A stretch of DNA of 64,000 nucleotides. Source: Ignavibacteria bacterium (GTDB lineage Bacteria; Bacteroidota; Ignavibacteria; Tepidaquicellales; Tepidaquicellaceae). The translations under genes and the position numbers were made by a program. Below, piece by piece: positions 26,124 through 36,692 of the stretch (position 1 is the stretch's first letter; every line of letters starts with the position of its first letter). Where the stretch lies: contig JBHEKU010000166.1 of NCBI GenBank assembly GCA_041859205.1, positions 373-64,372 of the forward strand, given 5' to 3'. The notes beneath the pieces are model-generated. The model worked only from the letters and a program-made list of their open reading frames with translations, was not told the DNA's origin and ran no database searches.

Positions 26124-26310
26124 GATTCTCCCCTTGAGGGGAGTACCGACGAAGTCGGGGAGGGGTGTTTGAACGGTCAGCAATCGTCTTGCTTAGCCCG
26201 CCACCTCGAATTTAAAAAAGTGAATAAAAAAAGACCTGTCAGTTCGCTGTGGCGAATTAATCCTGACAGGTCGAATAACTGGATTCCCGCCTCCGCGGGA
26301 ATGACATTAT
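26124..26310 (+). repeat. GC-rich multi-hairpin dispersed repeat, copy b, plus CCTGTCAGG and CCCGC hairpins
   Basis: GATTCTCCCCTTGAGGGGAGTACCGACGAAGTCGGGGAGGGGTGTTTGAA is nearly identical to 14840-14890. GACCTGTCAG...CCTGACAGGTC lies at 26233-26272 and ATTCCCGCCTCCGCGGGAAT at about 26283-26302. Confidence 0.85.
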
Positions 26311-26316
26311 GAAAAT

Positions 26317-29300
26317 TTAAAAATCAAATCCGAAGAGCATACCGAAGTAAACTCTCCACTCTTTTCCGTAAGTAACATCTTCACCCTGGAATCTTTTTGT
26401 GAACTGGTCTAAGCCGTAGGCTGCATTTAAAAATACACTGGTTGGGAATACATACCAGCTGAATGCCTGCAATCTAAGCTCGCCGCCGATATCTTTTTTG
26501 AAATCGGAAAGCTTTGTATCTTTTTCATCCCATGCATTACCGAAGTCGCCGTAGATGGAGAAGTACAGCTTATCAAGATAGAACGGTGAAATTCTCGTAT
26601 CTATTTTTGTAAGCACCGGAATTCTGTATGTAAGATTTGCAGTTGCCATTCTTCCTCCGCCGATAGCGTAGAAAGGATAACCCTTCATGCCCGGCAAGCC
26701 TGATGCATAGAAGTTATAAAAATCTTCTACCTGCGGTCCGAAGATAGTTGCGCCTTTCAGTTTTAATCCGAGCGAATGTGTACCGAATAAAGAAACGCTC
26801 TGGCTTAGCTCAGCTTGCAGCTTATGAAGTCTTCTGTTTTCATATAAAGTTGTTGTCGTTCCGTCATCGTTAACAATAATCTCAGGGTTCAGTCTGCTGC
26901 TTTCGTAGTCATATTGAATATCTATTTTTCTTCCTATAGGATTTATATCGGAGTTCTTTCCGGGTATTTCATAGCTGTAATTATATCCAAATGAAAAATT
27001 GCTTGCTAAGAAATAATTCTCAGATGAAGAACGTACTGAAACACCTGATGCTAAACCGAATGCATCAAGCTTGTATGCATACTTTGAGAACGTATATAAA
27101 AATCTGAAATCGTGATTAACGTTAATCATCTTCCACTTCATACCTGCATCGAATGAAAGCAAGTCGTATGTTATAGGCACGTTAAGCGTATCAGCGCCGG
27201 CAAGAAGCTGCCCCGTAGATGAACGCGATACGTTGTATCCTGCAAAAGTAAACTTAGGGTCGAAGCCGAGCTTTCTTGTGAAGAACTTATCGAAGACCGG
27301 CATTCCGTTAGTATACTCAAACTGCGCAAAGATATCTCTTTCGCCTTTTCTGTTTATTGCTGCGCCGCCGAATATAGAGTAACGTCCCATAGTTTCACTT
27401 GAGAAAAAATATAATCCCGGCTTTATAGCATCAAGAAAATTTCCATCCTTTGTGTAGTTATCAAATCTTAATAATGGAACGATGAAAAGCGGTGTAAACG
27501 TGCTTCTGTATTCTTTCTTTTCATACTTTGCTACGTTCTTATCGTTGAATGCTTTCAGCGAATCCCAGTTATAATTATTTTCCGGAGCGTTCTTATCATA
27601 GTTTTCAGAGTATTTTTCAATCAGTCTCGGAGGCTTATCATAATTTTTTATTTCACTTAAAGAATATGCTTTGTAGTTTTTTAGCTCGGCAATTTTATAA
27701 CCTGTTGATGTATATTGTGAGTAAGTTAAATTTCCTTTCCCGTCAACCGAAGGCATAAATGCTCCGCCTGTTACATTGGTAAGCTGCGTTGTTTCTTTTG
27801 TATCGAAATTATATTTGTAAATATTGAAGATACCTGTAATGTTACATGCATAGAATAAATCCGCGCCGTCCTTTGAGAACACTGCAGTACGGTAATCGAC
27901 ACCTGGCTGTCCTAATACGTTAGTAAGCGCACCGGTAGCAATATCTACGCTTACAATTTTTCTTGACTCTTCAAATGCATAATCGAAGATTATTGATTTG
28001 CCGTCAGGTGAAAATTTCGGATTGAAAACCTGCTCGCCGTTATTGAATGCAGTAAGCGGGTCATTGTTTTTTCCGTTCGCATCTGCGTATTGAAGGTTCA
28101 TTGTTCCGTCTTTATTCACTACGAAGCAGACAAATTTGCCGTCACGTGAATAAGAAGGTGAGTATGCTCTTAAGTTTTCTGTTAAGCGTGTTTCTTTTTC
28201 CGTGCTTAGTTCATATTCATATAAATCGTATACAACTGCTCCGTGAATTGTCGGCGGTGAATTTCTTTTTGCAAAGATTATTTTTTTGCCGTCAGGCGAC
28301 CAGTTATAATTTGTTGATACCGGCGCAGTAATAAGTTTTGATTTCTTTGCTGCCACATCATATAAAAATAATCCTGTAGTTCCGTAATCATAATCCTGAT
28401 TTGAGAGGTATGCAATCTTTGAACCGTCGGGTGAGAACTGCGGATAATAATTTGCAAAGCCAAGCTTCTCAATTATTTCTCCTTTTACTTCAGTTTCCTT
28501 TACTCCTCTCATTCTTTCTGCATAATCTTTTTCAAGAAATGCTTTCCACTCCAGATAAACCTGTTTGCCGTCTTTGCCAAGCGCATCTTTCATAGCGGCA
28601 TCCATTGAGAAATTTGTGAAGTCGCCAAGCGAATTTGAAATTGTTCTTAATTTATCTTCTCCATACGTTGCTGCAATGTAGCGTGTTAATCCGAAGCCGA
28701 GGTTATAAATCGATTCTGCTTTTAATGATGTTATAGAGGAGAACTGTCCCATTTCTTCCCATGTAAGAAGATTGCCGTCAAGTATATAGCTTCTTAAAAT
28801 CATATCTCTGTTAGCATCCCAGTAATCGTAGCTAAGCTGCTGGCGTTGATACTGAGCAGTACCTTCAGCAAACCATGCAGGCACACCTACACCTGATAGC
28901 GGATAGGATACAATTACGTTCGGGTAGCCGTATAACACATCAGGTCTTCTTTCTTTTTCATAATTAAGCCATTGAAGATAAATGGCAGGCATATTCTGTG
29001 TGTATCTTAGTGAAGCCTGAATTTGTATTGCGTGAGTGAACTCGTGAGTGATAACGTTTCTCAGCCAGTTATGTGTTCCCCGCAGGTCGTAGTCTAAGGC
29101 AGATGCGAAAATTTCAATTCTGTTGCCATAGTAGTCAGTGGCACCGTTTGCAATATCGGAAACGTCATTAACGACGAAAGAAATTTTCTTATCGGGTTCG
29201 TATTTATAGAGGGCGGTGATTGGACCGTAAACTTCCTCTGCAATTTTTGCAATAGTGCTGGCAGTGCGTTCAGTTCCGCTGTGATATAATACAAAGAAGT

Positions 29301-29460
29301 GCGGAGTTTCAATTGAGAACCAGTCCAGCTCGGGGTGCGGCTCAAACTGAGAATAAACGCTGCCTGAATTAAACAAGGGAACAAAATTAAAAAATGAGCA
29401 TAAAAACAGAACAACAATAACTTTGCTTTTTAACATTAAAGATTTTTTTTGATTTTGCAA
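26317..29460 (-). CDS. large outer-membrane protein: HExxH metallopeptidase-like N-domain, TolB-like beta-propeller repeats, C-terminal beta-barrel
   Basis: Has a signal peptide and VITHEFTHAIQ (HExxH). Repeated [SF]PDG[SK]KI(I/A)(F/Y) propeller blades occur (SPDGSKIAYLS, SPDGKKIIFA, SRDGKFVCFV, SPDGKSIIFD). The ~400-aa C-terminal region has alternating-pattern sequence ending GMLFGFDF. Confidence 0.7.
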   Translation of the reverse strand: MQNQKKSLMLKSKVIVVLFLCSFFNFVPLFNSGSVYSQFEPHPELDWFSIETPHFFVLYHSGTERTASTIAKIAEEVYGPITALYKYEPDKKISFVVNDVSDIANGATDYYGNRIEIFASALDYDLRGTHNWLRNVITHEFTHAIQIQASLRYTQNMPAIYLQWLNYEKERRPDVLYGYPNVIVSYPLSGVGVPAWFAEGTAQYQRQQLSYDYWDANRDMILRSYILDGNLLTWEEMGQFSSITSLKAESIYNLGFGLTRYIAATYGEDKLRTISNSLGDFTNFSMDAAMKDALGKDGKQVYLEWKAFLEKDYAERMRGVKETEVKGEIIEKLGFANYYPQFSPDGSKIAYLSNQDYDYGTTGLFLYDVAAKKSKLITAPVSTNYNWSPDGKKIIFAKRNSPPTIHGAVVYDLYEYELSTEKETRLTENLRAYSPSYSRDGKFVCFVVNKDGTMNLQYADANGKNNDPLTAFNNGEQVFNPKFSPDGKSIIFDYAFEESRKIVSVDIATGALTNVLGQPGVDYRTAVFSKDGADLFYACNITGIFNIYKYNFDTKETTQLTNVTGGAFMPSVDGKGNLTYSQYTSTGYKIAELKNYKAYSLSEIKNYDKPPRLIEKYSENYDKNAPENNYNWDSLKAFNDKNVAKYEKKEYRSTFTPLFIVPLLRFDNYTKDGNFLDAIKPGLYFFSSETMGRYSIFGGAAINRKGERDIFAQFEYTNGMPVFDKFFTRKLGFDPKFTFAGYNVSRSSTGQLLAGADTLNVPITYDLLSFDAGMKWKMINVNHDFRFLYTFSKYAYKLDAFGLASGVSVRSSSENYFLASNFSFGYNYSYEIPGKNSDINPIGRKIDIQYDYESSRLNPEIIVNDDGTTTTLYENRRLHKLQAELSQSVSLFGTHSLGLKLKGATIFGPQVEDFYNFYASGLPGMKGYPFYAIGGGRMATANLTYRIPVLTKIDTRISPFYLDKLYFSIYGDFGNAWDEKDTKLSDFKKDIGGELRLQAFSWYVFPTSVFLNAAYGLDQFTKRFQGEDVTYGKEWRVYFGMLFGFDF

Positions 29461-29833
29461 ATCGGATTTAAAATTATTTTTATTTAACGAAGAGGAGTAT
29501 CACATAGTTCCTTGCTCCGTTTTATTTGCAGAAGTGTATTTACCGTTCGTTCTTTACAAGTAACACAGAGTCCACAGATTTATATGATTACACAGATGTA
29601 AATTGAAATATACTTTAAAAAGTTTTATCAATCAGTGACATCATAAAAAATCATAATCATCAGTGTTGCCGTTTTAAAAACTTGCGGCGGTTTCAGCAGG
29701 TAGAAATTTTTTTCTATATTTTAAAGATTTGATTTTATATTATTGTTAAGCAATCGGCAAAAAACACAAACAAAAAAACTAAACAAAACTTATCGAGACG
29801 ACCTCTACGATTTTTAATTTAAGCAGAGCGTAA

Positions 29834-32800
29834 TTGAAATTAAAGTCAAACATTACATTTCAATCGACTTTATTCCTTCTAGCAATTTTAGTCACTTTCA
29901 TCGCCTCCTTCGGTGATGCTCATGCACAGGGAAGAAGAGGAAAAGATATTATCATTATCACCGGAAATCCGCTGGATTCTTCGTTCACGTCCGTATTGGA
30001 TTCTGTTGATAAGGCAAGGCAGGACTCTATTCGAAGACTGCCTGTGGATTCTACTGCCCGTATAAAATATTTTAAATACATCGCTCCGTATAACTACGGA
30101 ACTAAGCCCAATACAACTCTTTCTCCTATTATTTTAGGAGGCTCATCTGAAATAAAATATGAAGTACAGTTTGATTCCCTTAATAATGTAATTATCCGCG
30201 AGACTTTCAACGGTGAAGATATTAAAGCGCCGCTTGTAATGCCAATCGATGCATATTTAAAACTGCTCTCACGGGAAAAGCAGCGAAGTATATTCAGCGA
30301 TATCGTAAATGCAAAGTTTCAGGGCAATACGCAGGATGACCTGAGCAAGCTGTTTGAAAAGATTACAAATATTACTATTCCTCTTCCGTTTAAGTCAGAA
30401 ACTATTTTCGGTCCGCCGACAATTAATCTGAGCATTAACGGTATTATAGATATTACTGCATCATACCAGAAAATCTCAAGCGAAATTACAAGCGCTGTCA
30501 CACCCGATAATACTCAGAACAATATTAATTTCAAGCAGGATGTACAGGTAACTGCCCGCGGTAAAGTCGGGGATAAGCTGAGCATCGATGCAGACTGGAA
30601 CACTACAAGAACATTCGATTTCGAGAACCAGCTAAAACTTAGATACGACGGTTATGCAGATGAAGTTATTCAGAAGATAGAAGCCGGTAACGTATCGCTT
30701 GATACAAAGAACAGTTTAGTCCAGTCTTCTCAGGCATTGTTCGGTATAAGAGGTGAGTTTAAGCTCGGACCGTTAACACTTACAACAGTTATCTCTCAGA
30801 AAAAAAGTAAGCAAGAGACAAAGGATTTTTCCGGTGGTTCGTCGCAACAGGAATCCTCAATTAATATAGCGCAGTATTCAGATAACCATTATTTCTTAGA
30901 TACAGCTTATAAGTCGAACTTTGTTGATTATATGGCTGACGGATTTTTAGAGCCGGGACCTAACCAGGACCGGCAGGTTTCAAGTGAAAATTTTGAAGTA
31001 TGGGTACAGACAACTAATACAACTGCGGACAGAAAAAACGCCTCATTAATAATTGATTTACCTGCAATACAGGATGTTCCCGGTGGTGTTTACGATACTT
31101 CTTATTACAGGCCTGACCAGATTCAGGGCAAAAGATATTTTGGACTTTTCAGAAAGCTATCACCTACGGAATACACAGTTAATCCTCAGGCAGGCTTTGT
31201 AAGTCTTAAAACAGTTGTTAACGATGGGGATTTTATAGGTGTATCGTATAAAGAAGTTGGTACAGGAAAAAGATACGGTACTAACTCAGTTGAATTTACT
31301 CAGGCAACACTTGTATTAAAAATGGTTAAGGCAGGTAATATTAATCCGGCTACTGATACACTAGCATGGGCATTAAAGATGAAAAATATTTACAGACTTA
31401 ATGTATCAAGAATTGTTGAAGACGGCTTTGAATTTAATGTAAACTATGTTAATCCTTCAACTCTTACTCCATCACCCAGTCTTCCCAATGGAAAGCAGGT
31501 GCTTGAAGTGGTTGGACTGGATAAATTCGTTGGCAAAGGTCCTGAACAAAGGCCGGATAATTATTTTGATTTTCTGGCAGGCAGAACTGTAAATACTGAA
31601 ACAGGTGATATTATATTCCCGACTTTGCAGCCATTCTTAGATCCAATTCTTGCCGCTACAGTCGGCCCTACAACACCTAACGGTGATACAACATTAATAT
31701 TTCCTGAAATTTATACACAGCTAAAGTCAACTGCTCAGCAATCTTCTAATAATTCTAAATATATAATTAAATGGAAAGCCAGAGGAGAAGCAACGGGCAG
31801 CCCTACAGTCAACTTAGGTTTTAACGTTGTAGAAGGAAGTGTCACAGTTAAAGTCGGTGAAACACCGTTAGTATTAAATCAGGATTATGTAGTAGATTAT
31901 ACAACGGGAACTGTAACAATTAAAAATGCCGCAGCACTTTCATCGAAGGATTTGAAAATTTCATACGAGCAGAACGAGCTTTTCTCGCTTGCATCAAAAA
32001 CTTTTATCGGGGCCAGAGCAGATTATAAAATAAGCGATAAGACATCACTGGGTTTAACTTACGTAAACTTAAAACAGGAAACGTTAAATGATAAAGTAAG
32101 GATAGGGGAAGAGCCTACGAATAACTCTATGTTTGGTGTTGATTTCACTACTGAAATAAAATCAAAACTTCTAACAAAATTTGTAAATTTGCTTCCCGGC
32201 TTTAACTCAAAAGAAGAATCAGGCTTTACATTCAAAGGTGAGTTTGCGATGATAACAGGTGACCCAAATACAAAGAAGAGCAATATACCCTCGGATAATA
32301 ATGAGGCAGTTGCTTATGTAGATGATATGGAAGGCTCGAAGAAAATTATTTCTTTGGGTTCAAACTACAGTACCTGGACTGCCAGCTCCATCCCTGTAAA
32401 TTATACTGTGCCCGGGTTCACTTCAGCACCCGACTCAATTAAGCAGTCATATCGAGGCAGAATGCGTTGGTATAATATTCCTAATGATGTCAGTATAAAA
32501 GATATTTATCCGCTGAGAGACGTTGCTGCCGGTCAGGATAGGGTTACTCCTTTCTATATAACTTATAATCCTAATGACAGAGGCCAGTATAACTATAATG
32601 CCCGATATAATAATACGTACAACCCGACTGTATATCAGGATACTATGCTTCAGCATAAAGCAGAAACGTTCAATGGTATTATGAAGTATTTGAATACTTC
32701 TACCACAGACTTGGAGAATGAAAATATAAATTTCATAGAGTTCAGTATGCGTGTTGCAAGCGGAACATCACTTGTCGGTAATACCAGAGCAAAACTTAAT

Positions 32801-35800
32801 ATTGATCTTGGACTTATAAGCGAGCAGGTAATTCCAAAACCTGTACCTACTACTGAACCTTTCACGGAAGATAAAAACGATAACGGTACTCTTGAAGTAG
32901 ATGAAGACGTGGGGCTTGATACATTAACTAATCTTCAGGAACAGCAAAGAGTATTTGAACGATATGGTGATAGAGATGTACTGGGTGGTGATCCGAGCTT
33001 AGATGATAATGGCGATGGAAATGGTATTAATTACGACATATTAAACGGAACACAAAATAACAGATTCTACGACGGTGGTAATAAGCCCGATACAGAAGAT
33101 CTTAACAAAAACGGTACGCTCGATAAAACAGATGCATACAGAACATATTCGGTATCACTTGATACCGTCAATAATACACGTATTGTAGGAAGAGGCTCGA
33201 ACGGATGGGCGCAGTACAGAATTCCTTTATCGGAATTCAGTGGAATAGTTGATAATGCCGGACTTAACAATGTGCAGTATGTTAGAATCTGGGTAACCGG
33301 ATTAACAGATACATTGAGAATTGCTTTAGTTGATGTAAATTTAGTCGGTAATCAATGGGTAAAACCAAAAAAACTTGGTGTTCCAACTGATACAACTTAC
33401 AGTATTTCTATTGTGAGCATTGAAGAAAATCCGCAGATATATCAAAGCCCTGTAGGCGGAGATATTTTAAGGCAGACAGTTATAAACCAGAATTCTGCAA
33501 ATACAAAATCTAACGAATCATCATTATCTATTGATGTAAGAAATCTCTCTACTAATGGAGAGAGAAAGTATGCAAGAAAAGATTACGGCTCGGCTCCGCT
33601 GGATTTGTTCAATTACAAAAGAATGAAATTATTTGTGAACGGTGACCCGACCTTTAATTATACAAACGAAAATATTTATGATGCTGCTATGGTAGTTCGT
33701 TTCGGTACTGACTCAAATAATTATTATGAATACCGCGCACCGGTACATCCTGACGTTCGTCCGGGTCAGCCGTGGAATGCGCAGAACGAAGTCACAATTA
33801 ATTTCTCAGACTTAGCGGCAATAAAGCTGGCACGCGATACTTCCGGAATATCTCAGGCATTCCCCGTACCTAACGGTCCTCCGGGGTCATATTATATTAT
33901 AAAGGGAAATCCCGCTCTTAATATTATTCGTGAAATTGTTCTCGGTGTGGAAAAGAACCGGAGCTCACTTAATACATCACTGACTGGTAGTACATGGTTC
34001 AACGAAATACGGCTATTGAAAGTGAACGATGATAACGGCTATGCGTATAACTTCTCTGCAGGGCTTAAGCTTTCAGACCTTATGCTGATGAATCTGAATT
34101 ACTCTAAAGTTGACCCGAACTTTCACGCTATTGATGAAAGGGAAGGCTCAAGGAAAACAGGGCAGAACTGGGACCTTAGCGCAACGTTCAATGCTCATAA
34201 ACTGATTAATAATGCATTTGTATCTTTATTCGGTTCTGAAAAATGGGCGAATTTTATAAACATGCCGATTACTTTCAGGCATAGTGAAAATTTAGTAAAA
34301 CCGAGATACTTCCCGGGAACTGACGTAGAAGTTACAACTGCGGCAGATCAAAAATATGCACAGGTTCTGAGTTCGCCTAACGGCACTGAAGAGGATGCAA
34401 GAAGACAGAGTGAGAATCTAATTTTTGAATCTCAGTCACTTGGTGTGCAGAACAGCATAAATATTTCAGGAATGTCTTTTAATATTCCAATAGATAATTA
34501 TATTTTTAAAAATATTCTTAACCGCTTCCAGTTTAATGTTAATGCAAATCTGGCAGATTCACGTAATGAGACTTATGCATCACAAAGCGATTTCCAGCTC
34601 ACCGGCGGTGTAGCTTTTGCAACTGATTTCGGAATCAGTGATAAGCTGCATTTGAATCTTGGTAAGCTGCTTCCGTTCGGTGAAAAATATAAAGAGGCAA
34701 AACTATACTTCTTCTTTCCATTCATAGGTCTTACGCCTTTATTCACCAGTAATTTTACAGCAGCTTCAGATTTTAGCAGAACTAAAAATGAAAAACAGCA
34801 GAGAAAGCTTGCCAACCCTGATGCTATAACAAGATTATTCGGGGCAAACAGAAGTTTTGGTATGGACTGGAAATTTATTGAGAACTGGATTGTAGATCTG
34901 ACCGGAAGCTATCAGTTCAGAGCAGGCAGTGACCTTACAGGATTTGAAACATATCTGGATAGCGCCAGAACACAAAGGCCGACAGGTGAAATTGTAGATG
35001 ATATATTCTTTAATAACGGATTTATTAATTTTGGAAAAGACCTTACTTATACTCAGTCAGTATTGGTGCATCCCAAATTTAATTTCCCTGTAATTGATAA
35101 GTTCCTTACATTCAATCTTGATTATAATGTTACATACGGATGGACAGACCCGAATACGACAACTAACTTAGGTTACAATGTCGGATTCCAGAATTCTGTA
35201 ACATCAGGCGCAACGGTAAAGCTATCGGAGCTGTTCTCTATTTTCAAAAAGAGTGATACTCCTCCGGGCACAAATCCTACAGGTGAAGAAGATAAATTCA
35301 GAAATAAACTGTACAAACGCAATTCTTATCTGAGAAGTGATTCTACTTCAAGCGGAAAGACTGACCCCGCAGAACTGCTAAAAGTATTTAAAACATTTTT
35401 ACCTGAAAATATTACTGTATCTGTTACGCAGTCAAATCAGGTATTCAATACAAATATCAGCGGCCGACCGGGCTTTGCAAACTTCTGGCTTTATCCGACT
35501 GCAAATGAGCAGTATGGTCCATCCAGAACTTATCAGCTGGGGCTGGGAAGGGATCCGGGACTTAGAACAGGTAATGTTAATAATCTAACCGATTCTTATA
35601 ATCTCAATAACGATTTACAGTTCAGCACTACTATCAGTCCTATTTTCCCTGAAGCCGTACGTATGGGTGTTACCTTTAAAACTTCATGGGGAAATAATAC
35701 AAACAGGCTATTCAGTACTAATAAATTTGGTATAGATACAGCTACATCCAGCATATCCAATCTTCGCACAAAAGCTATATCAACATTCTTTGTCGGCGAT

Positions 35801-36526
35801 GTGGAGAAGTTTACAATAGAAGGGGATTCAACTTCAGGCAGATTCTTTGCAGATGCAGTAAAGACTAATCTTGCCGGAATTCCATTCCCGAACTGGACAC
35901 TTACTATTTCAGGACTCGAAAAGTTTCCGCTGTTTGCTGAATTTGCGCAGTCAGTTACTTTAGATAATAGTTTCCAGTCAGAGTACAGCGAAGGAACTAC
36001 TTCAGATATATCAGATTACACAACAGTAACAAATCAGAGAGTTGTTCAGAGCTTCAGCCCGCTTATCGGTCTGAACTTCAATTTCAAGCAGTTAATGGGC
36101 GGTAATTTTACAGCTAACTTTAAATACAATAAGGCTGTATCTTACATTATAAATCCGCAGTCAAGCCTTATCCAGTCAACAAATACAAATGACTGGAGCA
36201 TAAATGCAAATTATACAAAGTCCGGGTTCGATATTCCGCTGTTCGGATTATCTTTAAAGAACGATATTTCATTTGCCCTGACGATTGCAAGAACGCTTAA
36301 CGATCCGATAGACTATGTATATCCAAGAGGAGTAAGGGAAAAACGTCCGGGCGCAGGTTCAAGCCAGATGACAATAAATCCGTCAGTTCAGTACAGTTTG
36401 AGCTCGAAAGTAACGATGCAGTTATTCTATAAATACATCAAAACTCAGCCGACGGAAAACACCGTTGCCATTACTCCAAGGACGTCAAACGAAGGCGGTT
36501 TGAATATTAAAATTACAATTCAGTAA
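29834..36526 (+). CDS. sprA: T9SS outer-membrane translocon SprA/Sov
   Basis: 2230-aa protein with a TTG start and a signal peptide (LAILVTFIASFGDAHAQ). Its giant size and beta-rich composition fit SprA, and it has the SprA-like YVDDMEG motif. Several T9SS cargo genes lie in the same window. Confidence 0.8.
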   Translation: MKLKSNITFQSTLFLLAILVTFIASFGDAHAQGRRGKDIIIITGNPLDSSFTSVLDSVDKARQDSIRRLPVDSTARIKYFKYIAPYNYGTKPNTTLSPIILGGSSEIKYEVQFDSLNNVIIRETFNGEDIKAPLVMPIDAYLKLLSREKQRSIFSDIVNAKFQGNTQDDLSKLFEKITNITIPLPFKSETIFGPPTINLSINGIIDITASYQKISSEITSAVTPDNTQNNINFKQDVQVTARGKVGDKLSIDADWNTTRTFDFENQLKLRYDGYADEVIQKIEAGNVSLDTKNSLVQSSQALFGIRGEFKLGPLTLTTVISQKKSKQETKDFSGGSSQQESSINIAQYSDNHYFLDTAYKSNFVDYMADGFLEPGPNQDRQVSSENFEVWVQTTNTTADRKNASLIIDLPAIQDVPGGVYDTSYYRPDQIQGKRYFGLFRKLSPTEYTVNPQAGFVSLKTVVNDGDFIGVSYKEVGTGKRYGTNSVEFTQATLVLKMVKAGNINPATDTLAWALKMKNIYRLNVSRIVEDGFEFNVNYVNPSTLTPSPSLPNGKQVLEVVGLDKFVGKGPEQRPDNYFDFLAGRTVNTETGDIIFPTLQPFLDPILAATVGPTTPNGDTTLIFPEIYTQLKSTAQQSSNNSKYIIKWKARGEATGSPTVNLGFNVVEGSVTVKVGETPLVLNQDYVVDYTTGTVTIKNAAALSSKDLKISYEQNELFSLASKTFIGARADYKISDKTSLGLTYVNLKQETLNDKVRIGEEPTNNSMFGVDFTTEIKSKLLTKFVNLLPGFNSKEESGFTFKGEFAMITGDPNTKKSNIPSDNNEAVAYVDDMEGSKKIISLGSNYSTWTASSIPVNYTVPGFTSAPDSIKQSYRGRMRWYNIPNDVSIKDIYPLRDVAAGQDRVTPFYITYNPNDRGQYNYNARYNNTYNPTVYQDTMLQHKAETFNGIMKYLNTSTTDLENENINFIEFSMRVASGTSLVGNTRAKLNIDLGLISEQVIPKPVPTTEPFTEDKNDNGTLEVDEDVGLDTLTNLQEQQRVFERYGDRDVLGGDPSLDDNGDGNGINYDILNGTQNNRFYDGGNKPDTEDLNKNGTLDKTDAYRTYSVSLDTVNNTRIVGRGSNGWAQYRIPLSEFSGIVDNAGLNNVQYVRIWVTGLTDTLRIALVDVNLVGNQWVKPKKLGVPTDTTYSISIVSIEENPQIYQSPVGGDILRQTVINQNSANTKSNESSLSIDVRNLSTNGERKYARKDYGSAPLDLFNYKRMKLFVNGDPTFNYTNENIYDAAMVVRFGTDSNNYYEYRAPVHPDVRPGQPWNAQNEVTINFSDLAAIKLARDTSGISQAFPVPNGPPGSYYIIKGNPALNIIREIVLGVEKNRSSLNTSLTGSTWFNEIRLLKVNDDNGYAYNFSAGLKLSDLMLMNLNYSKVDPNFHAIDEREGSRKTGQNWDLSATFNAHKLINNAFVSLFGSEKWANFINMPITFRHSENLVKPRYFPGTDVEVTTAADQKYAQVLSSPNGTEEDARRQSENLIFESQSLGVQNSINISGMSFNIPIDNYIFKNILNRFQFNVNANLADSRNETYASQSDFQLTGGVAFATDFGISDKLHLNLGKLLPFGEKYKEAKLYFFFPFIGLTPLFTSNFTAASDFSRTKNEKQQRKLANPDAITRLFGANRSFGMDWKFIENWIVDLTGSYQFRAGSDLTGFETYLDSARTQRPTGEIVDDIFFNNGFINFGKDLTYTQSVLVHPKFNFPVIDKFLTFNLDYNVTYGWTDPNTTTNLGYNVGFQNSVTSGATVKLSELFSIFKKSDTPPGTNPTGEEDKFRNKLYKRNSYLRSDSTSSGKTDPAELLKVFKTFLPENITVSVTQSNQVFNTNISGRPGFANFWLYPTANEQYGPSRTYQLGLGRDPGLRTGNVNNLTDSYNLNNDLQFSTTISPIFPEAVRMGVTFKTSWGNNTNRLFSTNKFGIDTATSSISNLRTKAISTFFVGDVEKFTIEGDSTSGRFFADAVKTNLAGIPFPNWTLTISGLEKFPLFAEFAQSVTLDNSFQSEYSEGTTSDISDYTTVTNQRVVQSFSPLIGLNFNFKQLMGGNFTANFKYNKAVSYIINPQSSLIQSTNTNDWSINANYTKSGFDIPLFGLSLKNDISFALTIARTLNDPIDYVYPRGVREKRPGAGSSQMTINPSVQYSLSSKVTMQLFYKYIKTQPTENTVAITPRTSNEGGLNIKITIQ

Positions 36527-36582
36527 CGCATCATAATCGCTTTAAATATAAGGCGATTATGTATTGAGATATAAAACAATTT

Positions 36583-36604
36583 TGGGGCGAAAGCCCCATT
36601 TTTA
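36583..36604 (+). terminator. rho-independent terminator of sprA
   Basis: TGGGGC-GAAA-GCCCCA followed by TTTTTA. Confidence 0.75.
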
Positions 36605-36692
36605 TAAATTGGAAATTCTCTGAAGTTTAATATGAGGATTAAATATTAATTTGCTACAATCTGGAATTATAGAAACGCCACTTGTTCACTTG

